Source: Alphaproteobacteria bacterium (GTDB lineage: Bacteria; Pseudomonadota; Alphaproteobacteria; CAAHEQ01; UBA3637). From it: DNA of 19,720 bases. Position numbers and translations under genes: made by a program. Below the pieces are notes generated by a model that searched no databases, had not been told where the DNA came from, and worked only from the letters and a program-made list of their open reading frames with translations. This document shows, piece by piece, positions 1-9,823 of this stretch (position 1 is the stretch's first letter; every line of letters begins with the position of its first letter). The stretch spans positions 1 to 19,720 of the forward strand of contig JAZUQR010000013.1 of NCBI GenBank assembly GCA_045605805.1. The letters run 5' to 3'.

Positions 1-105
1 GAGGAAGGTCCTGATGGGAATGGTAGATTTGTTGGTGGATGTTGCTATGGAACGGTGCAGCCAGGTGATGCCTATCAAGGTATTGGAGATACTTGTATAG
101 AGTAA
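1..105 (+). CDS. 3' end of a truncated hypothetical protein (Cys/Gly-rich C-terminus)
   Basis: Frame 1 is open from base 1: EEGPDGNGRFVGGCCYGTVQPGDAYQGIGDTCIE, stop TAA 103-105, followed by a strong intrinsic terminator. Confidence 0.65.
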   Translation, partial: EEGPDGNGRFVGGCCYGTVQPGDAYQGIGDTCIE

Positions 106-129
106 TCACGCCTATATCATAAACCAAAA

Positions 130-158
130 CCCCCGATACACCATCGGGGGATTTTTTT
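130..158 (+). terminator. Rho-independent terminator
   Basis: CCCCCGAT-acacc-ATCGGGGG perfect 8-bp stem followed by ATTTTTTT. Confidence 0.8.
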
Positions 159-180
159 GCTTGAACAGGGGCAGGGGATA

Positions 181-229
181 AAAAAACTTCCCCCAAAACC
201 GTTTGCACAATTTGAAGGGGGAAGGTTTT
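181..229 (-). terminator. Intrinsic terminator of the pta-ackA operon
   Basis: Minus strand CTTCCCCC...GGGGGAAG stem (long loop) then a T-run, just after the ackA stop. Confidence 0.65.
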
Positions 230-242
230 GACGCAAAAAGAC

Positions 243-1451
243 TTATGCCATCAAAGCCAAAGTTTCGTTGGCAATTTCCAATTCCTCATTCGTGCGAATG
301 ATATAGATTTTATATTTGGAATCATCAGCCGAAATAAGAGCATATTCGCCTGGGCGTTTGGCATTTTCTGCTTCATCCAACTTAAAGCCCAAACCGGTTA
401 AACCCTTTAACACTTCATAACGCACAATGTCGTCATTTTCGCCAACACCAGCTGTCCACACAAGGGCATCCAATTCACCATTCAGTTGAGCCAAATAATT
501 GCCGATAAAGCCCCGAATGCGATAGGTCAACATATCCAAAGCCATTTTGGCTTTGTCATCGCCTTCGGCCACTTTGGCATGAACATCACGCATATCATTC
601 ACCCCACAAATGCCCAACAATCCGCTTTGTTTGGTCATCATCTTGTCAATCGCTTCAATGTCCATGTCGGCATTGCGCATTAAAAAGCCAACTGTTGCCG
701 GATCAATAGAGCCACATCGTGTACCCATCATCAAGCCATCCAGAGGTGTCAATCCCATAGAGGTATCAATACATTTGCCCTCTTTAATCGCAGAAATGGA
801 CGAACCACTTCCAATATGACAAGTAATCAAGTTTGTTTCGTTCAATGGCTTGACTAATAATTCGGCCGCCCGACGAGCCACATATTTATGACTGGTTCCA
901 TGCGCCCCATATTTGCGTACCGCATATTTTTCAAAAATCTCATAGGGCAGGGGATACATATACGCTTCTGCCGGCATTGTTTGATGGAAAGCCGTATCAA
1001 ACACAACCACATGTAATGCATGCGGAAAGATTTCTTGTGCCACCTGAATCCCAATTAAATGCCCTGGGTTGTGAAGGGGAGCCAGCGGAATCACTTTGCG
1101 TAAGTTTTCAATCACCTCTGGTGTCACTTTCATGGGTTCAAAATAAGTTCCCCCATGCACCACACGATGGCCAACACCCGAGATTTCGGAAATATCTGTA
1201 ATCACAGCAGTATCGCCATGCATCATCATTTCTACCGCTTTTTGCATACCTTCTGCATGGGTTGGGAAACGTTCCTCAATCACAGTTTTTGTGGCTCGTT
1301 CTGTGTCTGGAAACTTTTTGTGGGTGATGCGGCTTGTGGCTTCCCCGATTTTTTCCACCAAACCTGCGCACAAAACTTCCTTTGTATCCATGTTAAACAG
1401 TTGATATTTAATTGTGGATGAGCCACAGTTGATAACAAGTATTTTTGCCAT
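243..1451 (-). CDS. ackA: Acetate kinase
   Basis: ILVINCGSSTIKYQL, GHRVVHGG, APLHNP, VFDTAFHQT, HGTSH, GTRCGSIDP, TAGVGEN, TNEEL motifs; start set to MAKILV (ATG 1451) behind GAAAGGA SD. Confidence 0.97.
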   Translation of the reverse strand: MAKILVINCGSSTIKYQLFNMDTKEVLCAGLVEKIGEATSRITHKKFPDTERATKTVIEERFPTHAEGMQKAVEMMMHGDTAVITDISEISGVGHRVVHGGTYFEPMKVTPEVIENLRKVIPLAPLHNPGHLIGIQVAQEIFPHALHVVVFDTAFHQTMPAEAYMYPLPYEIFEKYAVRKYGAHGTSHKYVARRAAELLVKPLNETNLITCHIGSGSSISAIKEGKCIDTSMGLTPLDGLMMGTRCGSIDPATVGFLMRNADMDIEAIDKMMTKQSGLLGICGVNDMRDVHAKVAEGDDKAKMALDMLTYRIRGFIGNYLAQLNGELDALVWTAGVGENDDIVRYEVLKGLTGLGFKLDEAENAKRPGEYALISADDSKYKIYIIRTNEELEIANETLALMA

Positions 1452-1455
1452 TTTC

Positions 1456-2466
1456 TTATCCTTTCTTTTGAGCAAATAAAGCCGTAAAGGCAATTGTGTT
1501 CACAATATCTTTTACCGTTGCACCCCGAGATAAATCATTTACGGGTTTGTTTAAGCCTTGTAAAATCGGGCCAACCGCCAAGCAGTTATCGCCCAATGCC
1601 CGCTGAATGGCTTTATAGCAACAGTTGCCGGTGTTCAACTCTGGGAACACAAACACATTGGCTTTGCCGGCCACAGGGCTGTTCGGCAATTTTGTTTTGG
1701 CCACTTCCGGATCCACAGCCGCATCAAATTGAATAGGCCCTTCAAAAGCAAAGTCTACATTTTTTTCTTTTGTCAAGCGTACTGCTTCTTTCACAGCATC
1801 TACCGCAGGGCCTTTGCCCGATTCACCTGTGCCGTAAGACAAGAATGCCACACGGGGTTCTAAACCAAAAATACGGGCTGTTTCGGCTGTTGTGACCGCA
1901 ATTTCAGACAGCTGTTCAGGTGTAGGATTTGGGGTGACAGCACAATCGGCAAAAACTTGCAGTTGACCATTATAGCACATCAAAAACGCCCCAGAAACCA
2001 TGGAAGACCCTGCCTTTGTTTTGATAAATTGTAAAGCCGGACGTATGGTATTGGCGGTTGTGTGTTCTGCACCGGAAACCATACCGTCTGCCACCCCTTT
2101 GTACACCATCATCGTGCCATAGCAAGCCCCATCTTTCATCATTTCTCTGGCTTCTTCTATGGTCAAGCCCTTTGCTTTTCTTAATTCGGCCAAGGTTTGG
2201 GCGTATTCTTCAAACTCTGGGATATTCAAATAATCCACCACATTGGCTTTGGATAAGTCCAATCCCAACTCGGTGGCTTTTTGTTGAATCTCGTTTGGAT
2301 TGCCCAAAATAATGATATCGGCCATTTCTTGTTGTAAAGCATCATGGGCGGCCTTTAAGACCCGTTCACATTCACCTTCCGGCAACACAATGCGTTGCTT
2401 GTTGGCTTTGGCATTGTTCACAAGATTTTCTTCAAATTGTGCAATGGTAATTGTTTGTTCTGTCAT
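1456..2466 (-). CDS. pta: Phosphate acetyltransferase (catalytic domain only)
   Basis: RIVLPEG, ADGMVSGA, RPALQ, FADCAV, GPIQFDAA, GPILQGLNKPVNDLSRG; adjacent to ackA; start MTEQT at 2466 behind GAAAGGAA SD. Confidence 0.96.
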   Translation of the reverse strand: MTEQTITIAQFEENLVNNAKANKQRIVLPEGECERVLKAAHDALQQEMADIIILGNPNEIQQKATELGLDLSKANVVDYLNIPEFEEYAQTLAELRKAKGLTIEEAREMMKDGACYGTMMVYKGVADGMVSGAEHTTANTIRPALQFIKTKAGSSMVSGAFLMCYNGQLQVFADCAVTPNPTPEQLSEIAVTTAETARIFGLEPRVAFLSYGTGESGKGPAVDAVKEAVRLTKEKNVDFAFEGPIQFDAAVDPEVAKTKLPNSPVAGKANVFVFPELNTGNCCYKAIQRALGDNCLAVGPILQGLNKPVNDLSRGATVKDIVNTIAFTALFAQKKG

Positions 2467-2492
2467 AGTATTCCTTTCAAAATGATGGGAAA

Positions 2493-2521
2493 AGTTTATC
2501 AAAGTTTTGCTTTTTTTGCAA
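2493..2521 (-). promoter_or_regulatory. Sigma70-like promoter for pta-ackA
   Basis: TTGCAA-17 bp-TAAACT on the minus strand. Confidence 0.5.
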
Positions 2522-2538
2522 GAAAAATGTTGTTTTGC

Positions 2539-2567
2539 TTGACATTAAAGAAGGAGTTTTATATCTT
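2539..2567 (+). promoter_or_regulatory. Sigma70-like promoter for the glycosyltransferase
   Basis: TTGACA-17 bp-TATCTT. Confidence 0.55.
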
Positions 2568-2600
2568 GTTTGTGAAGTAATCGTGTGAAAAGGAAAAAGA

Positions 2601-3503
2601 ATGTCTGAAATCTCTGTCATCATACCAGTATATAAAGTTGAAAACGCCTTGAAAGAATGTTTGGATTCTGTTCTCAATCAAACCTTTCACGATATAGAGG
2701 TGATTTGTGTGAATGATGGCAGTCCGGATAAGTGTGGGCAAATCTTGAACGAATACGCCCAAAAAGATAATCGCATCAAAGTGATTCATCAAGAAAATAA
2801 AGGTGTGTCAGGCTCAAGAAATACAGGGTTAAATGTGATAACTGGTAAGTGGATTGCATTTGTGGATTCGGACGATGCATTGCCCGTATATGCGTTGGAA
2901 ACAATGCACACAATCGCCTGTAAAGCAGGCGTGCCTGTGGTGGCCAGTCGTTGTCGGTTAAAATTGGGCGAAAACCATCCAAACAAAACAAACCCTGCTT
3001 ATCAAATCAAACACAATGGCTTGGCGGATTTTGTTCAAGATAATAAGATTTTTTCCTCTTTATGGAATAAATTATATGCCGCAGACTTGTGGAAGCAAAT
3101 ACGATTTGAAGAAGGGATGTTGTTTGAAGATTGGCCGGCGTTGACCATTTTGTTTGGTACAATCACAGATTATGCAACAACAGATATGCCGTGCTATGTT
3201 TACCGTGAAAATAATATCTCCATTACACGCAGTTCTTTTTCCATCAAAAAGATTGACAGCTATGTGAAAGGGATTCGGATGGTGTATAACGCTTTTCAAG
3301 GAACGGATAAGCTGCCACTGGCTCAGGTACGCATGGCGGTGGCCGTTAAAATGTTGGTCAATAAAGTCTATCACGCCAAAGATAAAGAATTGAATCAATA
3401 TCTTTTAGCACAAATGAAAATCTTGTTTGAGGAAGGCGTCATACAAAAACGCCACCTGAATTGGAAAACCAGATGGCGTTTGCTTTGTTTGCAAGATAAA
3501 TAA
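2601..3503 (+). CDS. Family 2 glycosyltransferase (GT-A fold)
   Basis: ISVIIPVYKVE, CLDSVLNQT, VNDGSPD, N.GVS.SRN.GL, FVDSDD (DxD), WNKLY, FED motifs. Confidence 0.93.
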   Translation: MSEISVIIPVYKVENALKECLDSVLNQTFHDIEVICVNDGSPDKCGQILNEYAQKDNRIKVIHQENKGVSGSRNTGLNVITGKWIAFVDSDDALPVYALETMHTIACKAGVPVVASRCRLKLGENHPNKTNPAYQIKHNGLADFVQDNKIFSSLWNKLYAADLWKQIRFEEGMLFEDWPALTILFGTITDYATTDMPCYVYRENNISITRSSFSIKKIDSYVKGIRMVYNAFQGTDKLPLAQVRMAVAVKMLVNKVYHAKDKELNQYLLAQMKILFEEGVIQKRHLNWKTRWRLLCLQDK

Positions 3504-3506
3504 CGC

Positions 3507-4592
3507 TTATATTTCACCAACATAAATACCCAAAGCTTTGGCCGTTCGGACAATTTCTCCCTTCGGATTGACACCGGTTGTACCAAGTTTAATGCTTTCT
3601 TTTAAGGAAATATCCGTCACAGAACCAGCTTGATGCACAACAACCCGATTCGTTTTTCCTTTGGCCAATAATTCGGTAGCATGTACGCCAAACGAGGAAG
3701 CCAATAATCTGTCAGCCGCCACTGGTGTGCCAGACCGTTGAATGTGTCCAAGAATGTTGGTGCGCACCTCAAAACCGTCTTGTTTCAAACGCTGTTCAAA
3801 ATACTGTGAGACACCGTTAAAGTTCATGCCGTTATTGATAGTGGCATATTCACCATCAGGTTTTTTAATGCCTTCAGCAATCACCACCAAAGCATGCCCA
3901 CGCCCTTTTTGTTGGGCAAAACGCAAATGCTTGACAAGATTGTCGTAACAATAGGGGATTTCCGGAATCAATACAGCATCGGCAAACCCAGTGATAGCCG
4001 ATTGCAAAGCCAAATGGCCGGCCGTACGCCCCATTACTTCCACCAACATCACCCGATGATGGCTGGCGGCAGTTGTGTCCAATTTGTCCATCGCATCGGT
4101 GACAACCTCTCTTGCGGTTGAAAAACCAATGGATAGGTCTGTCCCAGGGGCATCGTTATCAATTGTTTTGGGAATCCCAATCATGGCAATGTTGGCATGC
4201 TTGCATAAGTCGGCAATAATGGGCATAGAGCCATCTCCACCAATAACAATCACCGCATCCAATTTTAATTTTTCAACACCGGCCTTAAAGCGTGCCAAAA
4301 CAGTTTTGTCATCAATTTTTTCACGACGACCGTTGTCGTGTGCCATAATCGGGCTGTTGTTTGTGCCAAGCATTGTGCCGCCCAAAGTAGCAAAAGGAAA
4401 TTCAAAACTGGATAAAGTAAGCCGTTCATATTCCATTGGACGAACAATCAATCCGTTTGAACCATTATGAATGCCATAAACATCCCAACCTTTTCCAATG
4501 GCCGCAAATGTAATGGCCCGTAAAGCTGCATTCAAACCAGAACAATCTCCACCACTTGTAATAACGCCAATGCGTTTGATTTCTTTTTTCAT
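3507..4592 (-). CDS. pfkA: 6-phosphofructokinase (PfkA family, group III-like, probably ATP-dependent)
   Basis: TSGGDCSGLNAA, GGT.LGT, IGGDGS, PKTIDND, VEVMGR.AG, LGHIQR motifs. Confidence 0.95.
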   Translation of the reverse strand: MKKEIKRIGVITSGGDCSGLNAALRAITFAAIGKGWDVYGIHNGSNGLIVRPMEYERLTLSSFEFPFATLGGTMLGTNNSPIMAHDNGRREKIDDKTVLARFKAGVEKLKLDAVIVIGGDGSMPIIADLCKHANIAMIGIPKTIDNDAPGTDLSIGFSTAREVVTDAMDKLDTTAASHHRVMLVEVMGRTAGHLALQSAITGFADAVLIPEIPYCYDNLVKHLRFAQQKGRGHALVVIAEGIKKPDGEYATINNGMNFNGVSQYFEQRLKQDGFEVRTNILGHIQRSGTPVAADRLLASSFGVHATELLAKGKTNRVVVHQAGSVTDISLKESIKLGTTGVNPKGEIVRTAKALGIYVGEI

Positions 4593-4603
4593 ATTATCCC
4601 CCT

Positions 4604-5338
4604 TTACAGTGAAAAATCTTTTCCAAGATAGGTTGCTTTTACTTTTTCGTCTTTAATAATTTCTTTGGGTGTGCCATGTTTTAAGACAACACCATCATGT
4701 AAAATATAGGCTCGGTCAATAATGCTGAGCGTTTCCCGTACATTGTGGTCTGTGATTAAAACGCCAATGCCACGATGTTTCAACTGTCCCACCAAGTCTT
4801 TAATATCGGACACAGCAATCGGGTCAATACCGGCCAAAGGTTCGTCCAATAAAACAAAAGAAGGGCGGCCTGCCAAAGCTCGGGCAATTTCCAAACGCCG
4901 TCTTTCCCCACCGGATAAAGCTCTGGACGGAGAAAAACGCAAATGCTCAATCGCAAAATCTTTTAACAGATTGTCCAATTCCTGTTCCTGCTTGTCTTTA
5001 TTGGGCTCAACCAATTGCAATACAGCCCGAATGTTGTCTTCCACATTCAACCCCCGAAAAATAGAGGCTTCTTGTGGCAAATAGCCAATTCCCATTCTGG
5101 CCCGCCTATACACAGGAAACTTTGTAATGTTCGTGCCGTTTAAGGTAATAGAACCGTGAGAGGGGGCAATCAACCCTGTAATACAGTAAAAACAGGTAGT
5201 TTTGCCGGCTCCGTTTGGCCCAAGCAAGCCCACAGCTTCGCCTTGCTTCACTTCCAAAGAAACATCACGCAAAACAACCCTGCGTTTATAGCTTTTACTT
5301 AAATTTGTGACAACTAATCCCGATTGTGTTTTGATCAT
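4604..5338 (-). CDS. lptB: LPS export ABC transporter ATP-binding protein
   Basis: GPNGAGKTT, GYLPQEASIFR, LSGGERRRLEIARAL, LDEPLAGIDP, LITDHNVRETL, YLGKDFSL C-terminus. Confidence 0.96.
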   Translation of the reverse strand: MIKTQSGLVVTNLSKSYKRRVVLRDVSLEVKQGEAVGLLGPNGAGKTTCFYCITGLIAPSHGSITLNGTNITKFPVYRRARMGIGYLPQEASIFRGLNVEDNIRAVLQLVEPNKDKQEQELDNLLKDFAIEHLRFSPSRALSGGERRRLEIARALAGRPSFVLLDEPLAGIDPIAVSDIKDLVGQLKHRGIGVLITDHNVRETLSIIDRAYILHDGVVLKHGTPKEIIKDEKVKATYLGKDFSL

Positions 5339-5347
5339 AGTGTAATC

Positions 5348-6355
5348 CTATTGTTTGAAATCATTTGGCGTTAAAGTGCCTTTAATGCGTTGGCTTTGAT
5401 GCTTGTTTATCAACTGACTTTTGCCCGTTTTCATATCCAAAGTGGCTTTGTCGGCTGTGACAAAACTTGCCCCTTGATACAGATAAACATTGCCCATCAT
5501 CTCCATTTCTTCTGTCAAAGGGTTATAGATACCCTTGTCGCCGGTGATTTTATTTTTTCCTTTCGTTAAAATAACATTTCCTGTTGCAACGATTTTTTGA
5601 ATGCGCCCCTTTGTTTCATCAGTATAATAAAGGATTGCCATATCGGCTGTCAAGATGTTTTCTTGATGCAACACAGAAACATTTTCTTTTGCTGTAATAG
5701 TTTTGTTCATACGGTTGATGTTCAAACCATTGGTGGTATTCACAGTCATCAGGCCTTTCTCTGATTTGATTTTGGTGTTAGTTTTTCCCTTAAAATCAAT
5801 CAGGTTTCCCTTGTCTTGTAAATGAAAACCTTGAGCGGTTAAACTGCCGGCCGGCCCACTAATTTTAATCTCTTTTTCGGAATCTAAAATGCCGGAAAAG
5901 GTGGCTTTAACATGGCTTGTATAGGCTGTATAGCCCGATTTTGTAGTGCTTTTAACAGGATTTTCAAACCAAAAATACTCATCTTTCTGATAGGCCAAAG
6001 CATAGTCGGTGAATGCAGTCAATTCATCATTATCCGATAAACTATAAACAGCCAAAGGTTTTTCCAAACGAGCCAGAGCCTGTTGTGCATCCACTTCCTT
6101 CACACTGTCCGAAGTGACGGTCATAGTGCGCTTTTTTTCATCTTGTGCATGAAAGCGTACATTTTCCATATCCACAGACGGAGTGTTGGAATTGGTCTTT
6201 TGAAGTGGCAACTCAAAACGTTCTTTGTCGGGTGTCAACAAAGGCCAAACGGCAATTGTGGTGGCCAACAAAAAAGCAAATACAGGAAAAGCGTGCTTAA
6301 AAATCAACACACGACGAGAATGCTTTTTTAAGAACAAAGAACGCTTGGTGAACAT
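5348..6355 (-). CDS. LptC-LptA fusion protein (LPS periplasmic bridge)
   Basis: Lies between kdsD and lptB. An N-terminal TM anchor and LptC-like beta-jellyroll (ending SLTAQGFHLQDKGNLIDFKG) run in frame into an OstA/LptA-like domain (AKENVSV, LTAD, IVATGNV, GDKGIYN, MGNVYLYQG). Start set to MFTKRS (ATG 6355). Confidence 0.8.
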   Translation of the reverse strand: MFTKRSLFLKKHSRRVLIFKHAFPVFAFLLATTIAVWPLLTPDKERFELPLQKTNSNTPSVDMENVRFHAQDEKKRTMTVTSDSVKEVDAQQALARLEKPLAVYSLSDNDELTAFTDYALAYQKDEYFWFENPVKSTTKSGYTAYTSHVKATFSGILDSEKEIKISGPAGSLTAQGFHLQDKGNLIDFKGKTNTKIKSEKGLMTVNTTNGLNINRMNKTITAKENVSVLHQENILTADMAILYYTDETKGRIQKIVATGNVILTKGKNKITGDKGIYNPLTEEMEMMGNVYLYQGASFVTADKATLDMKTGKSQLINKHQSQRIKGTLTPNDFKQ

Positions 6356-6359
6356 TTTT

Positions 6360-7331
6360 TTATGCAACCCCCGCACGCAACAGGTGGTGCATATGAATTA
6401 AACCAATCGGTTGCCCCAATTCATTGACCACAAAGATATTGGTGATTTTTTTCGTATTCATAATGTTCAAGGCTTCTGAACCCAACATATTTTCCGAAAT
6501 AGTTGTTGGGGCTGGATTCATAATTTCCGAAACAGATTTTGTCATCAAATCCGGACTCATATGCCGCCGCAAGTCACCGTCTGTAATCATCCCCACCAAC
6601 ACACCATTGTTATCCAAAATCCCAATACAGCCCAACATTTTTTTTGACATAATCATCAAGGCTTCGGACATTTGTGTAGCCAAAGAAGTAGTTGGTAAAT
6701 CTGCTTCTGTTGCCATGATATCTTTCACTTTAACCAAGATATTGCCCAGTTTGCCACCAGGATGCCTGTCATGATACAGCTCTTTTGTAAAGCCACGCAT
6801 ATTCATCAAAGCCACCGTTAAAGCATCACCCATTGCCAAAGTGGCAATCATGGATGTTGTGGGAGCCATATTAAACGGACAAGCTTCGGGGATTTCTTGT
6901 TTGTTTGGAATCTGTAAAATCCAATCGGCCGCCTTTCCAAGTGTACTTTGTGGGGCACTTGTCACCGCCACCAAAGCAATGCCAAAACGCTTACAATAAT
7001 TGATGATATCAAACAGCTCTTTACTTTCACCCGAGTTGGATAATGCCAATACCAAATCATTTTTGGTAATCATACCCAAGTCACCATGACTGGCTTCCCC
7101 AGGGTGAACAAAGAAAGCAGGGGTTCCCGTACTGGCCAAAGAAGCGGCAATTTTTTTGCCGATATGGCCGGGTTTGCCCATTCCAGTGACAATGACACGG
7201 CCGCTCAGTGTTAAAATCTTTTGGGCGACTTGAACAAAAGCTTCATCAATACGATGAGCCATTGTTTCCAAAACCTTTGTTTCCAAAGCCAATGTGTTTT
7301 GTGCAGAGTGTTTAATTTCTTCTGGTGTCAT
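6360..7331 (-). CDS. kdsD: Arabinose-5-phosphate isomerase (KdsD/GutQ/KpsF family, SIS + 2 CBS)
   Basis: GRVIVTGMGK.GHI..KIAASLASTGTPAFFVHPGEASHGDLG, SNSGES, APTTS, HPGG.LG, ITDGDLRR. Confidence 0.95.
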   Translation of the reverse strand: MTPEEIKHSAQNTLALETKVLETMAHRIDEAFVQVAQKILTLSGRVIVTGMGKPGHIGKKIAASLASTGTPAFFVHPGEASHGDLGMITKNDLVLALSNSGESKELFDIINYCKRFGIALVAVTSAPQSTLGKAADWILQIPNKQEIPEACPFNMAPTTSMIATLAMGDALTVALMNMRGFTKELYHDRHPGGKLGNILVKVKDIMATEADLPTTSLATQMSEALMIMSKKMLGCIGILDNNGVLVGMITDGDLRRHMSPDLMTKSVSEIMNPAPTTISENMLGSEALNIMNTKKITNIFVVNELGQPIGLIHMHHLLRAGVA

Positions 7332-7346
7332 TGTCTTGCCTCCCTA

Positions 7347-7955
7347 TCAATGATGAAATAAATCTGGGTCTTCATAGCCCAAAATATCTAACTCGGCTCG
7401 GGTGTTCAAAAATTGAAAACAGGATACCGCCAAGTTTTGTTTTTTTTGTTTTTTCAATTCTTTGTCCAAAATCGCTTTCAAAGCATGTAAATACATCACA
7501 TCATTAGCTGCATAGCGAATTTGTTCTTCCGACAGTTCTTTTTTTGTCCAATCAGAGCATTGTTGTTCTTTATCCAAAGTGATGCCCAGCAAATCCTCGC
7601 ACAGATTTTTTAAGGAATGCTTTTTGTCGGGCCACACCAATTTATGGGCAATTTTTGTGCAGTATAAAGGGCCAACTTCAATATCAAAAGCCACCTTTAA
7701 TTTGGCTGCATCAAAACGGGCAAAGTGGAAAATCTTCAAAATCTTCGGATTGGTCAATAATTTTTTCAAATGAGGATATTTTTTTCCTTTTTGAATTTGA
7801 ACCAACCACGCATTTCCTTGTCCATCCCCAATTTGTACAAGGCATAACTTATCATTGACAACATCTAGCCCTGTTGTTTCGGTATCAACGGCCACCATTT
7901 TAGGCCACTTGATATCGGCAGGCAAATCTCCTTGAAAAACTTGAATAGATTGCAT
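7347..7955 (-). CDS. rnd: Ribonuclease D-like 3'-5' exonuclease (short DEDDy form)
   Basis: AVDTETTGL, LCLVQIGDG, KIFHFARFD, CTKIA, KEQQCSDW, YAANDV; start MQSIQ at 7955 behind AAGGAG SD; upstream of kdsD as in many alphaproteobacteria. Confidence 0.88.
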   Translation of the reverse strand: MQSIQVFQGDLPADIKWPKMVAVDTETTGLDVVNDKLCLVQIGDGQGNAWLVQIQKGKKYPHLKKLLTNPKILKIFHFARFDAAKLKVAFDIEVGPLYCTKIAHKLVWPDKKHSLKNLCEDLLGITLDKEQQCSDWTKKELSEEQIRYAANDVMYLHALKAILDKELKKQKKQNLAVSCFQFLNTRAELDILGYEDPDLFHH

Positions 7956-7977
7956 ATATATCTCCTTTGATAGAATC

Positions 7978-8006
7978 AGTTTATACGAACCTTTTTGAAA
8001 AATCAA
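7978..8006 (-). promoter_or_regulatory. Sigma70-like promoter for rnd-kdsD-lptCA-lptB-pfkA
   Basis: TTGATT-17 bp-TAAACT on the minus strand. Confidence 0.45.
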
Positions 8007-8020
8007 GCATAAATACGCAA

Positions 8021-9081
<1,061 letters not shown>

Positions 9082-9101
9082 AATTTTATCTTGAACCTTG
9101 C

Positions 9102-9362
9102 TTATTCAGCAACCGGAACAACATTCACAGTTGTGCGGTCTTTTGCGCCATGAGTGAATTGAACTGTGCCATCCACTGTTGCAAAAATGGTGTGGTCTTT
9201 GCCCATACCCACATTCTTGCCTGGGTAATAAACTGTGCCACGTTGACGCACGATGATGTTTCCAGCCACAACGGCTTGTCCACCAGATTTTTTCAAACCC
9301 AAACGGCGACCGGCTGAGTCTTGTTTATTGCTTACGGAACCACCCGCTTTTTTATGTGCCAT
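9102..9362 (-). CDS. rpmA: 50S ribosomal protein L27
   Basis: MAHKKAGGS...[24 protein letters not shown]...[14 protein letters not shown]. Confidence 0.98.
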   Translation of the reverse strand: MAHKKAGGSVSNKQDSAGRRLGLKKSGGQAVVAGNIIVRQRGTVYYPGKNVGMGKDHTIFATVDGTVQFTHGAKDRTTVNVVPVAE

Positions 9363-9372
9363 GAGTTACTCC

Positions 9373-9672
9373 TTATGCTTTAATATCAACAATTTTGATT
9401 AAGGTCAAATCTTGTTTATGACCTTTTTTGCGTTTATAGCCGTGACGACGAATTTTTTTGAAAATAATCACCTTTTCACCACGAGCTTGTTTCACGATTT
9501 CAGCTGTCACGGAAGCACCTTCAACAGTTGGTGTGCCGATTTTGTCACCAGCAACCAAGACTTCGTCAAAAGAAATTTTTGTTCCGTTTTCACCTTCCAC
9601 CTTTTCAATCAAGAGAATATCATCTTTCTTGATGCGGTATTGTTTTCCGCCGGTTTTAATAATTGCAAACAT
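9373..9672 (-). CDS. rplU: 50S ribosomal protein L21
   Basis: MFAIIKTGGKQYR, IGTPTVEGASV.AE, KVIIFKK.RR.GY.RKKGHKQ; start at ATG 9672. Confidence 0.98.
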   Translation of the reverse strand: MFAIIKTGGKQYRIKKDDILLIEKVEGENGTKISFDEVLVAGDKIGTPTVEGASVTAEIVKQARGEKVIIFKKIRRHGYKRKKGHKQDLTLIKIVDIKA

Positions 9673-9705
9673 TTTTATCCCTTTTGTTAAAATTGAGTGG
9701 CTACA

Positions 9706-9734
9706 TTTATACACCATTTTAATTGCCTTGTCAA
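9706..9734 (-). promoter_or_regulatory. Sigma70 promoter of rplU-rpmA
   Basis: TTGACA-17 bp-TATAAA on the minus strand. Confidence 0.65.
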
Positions 9735-9823
9735 GAATAAAATTGAAATTGATTTATTTTTCTTTACTTTTTTTGAAGATTTGACTATCTTGCAAGAAAG
9801 AGAAGAGATAAAGGAGTATAAAA

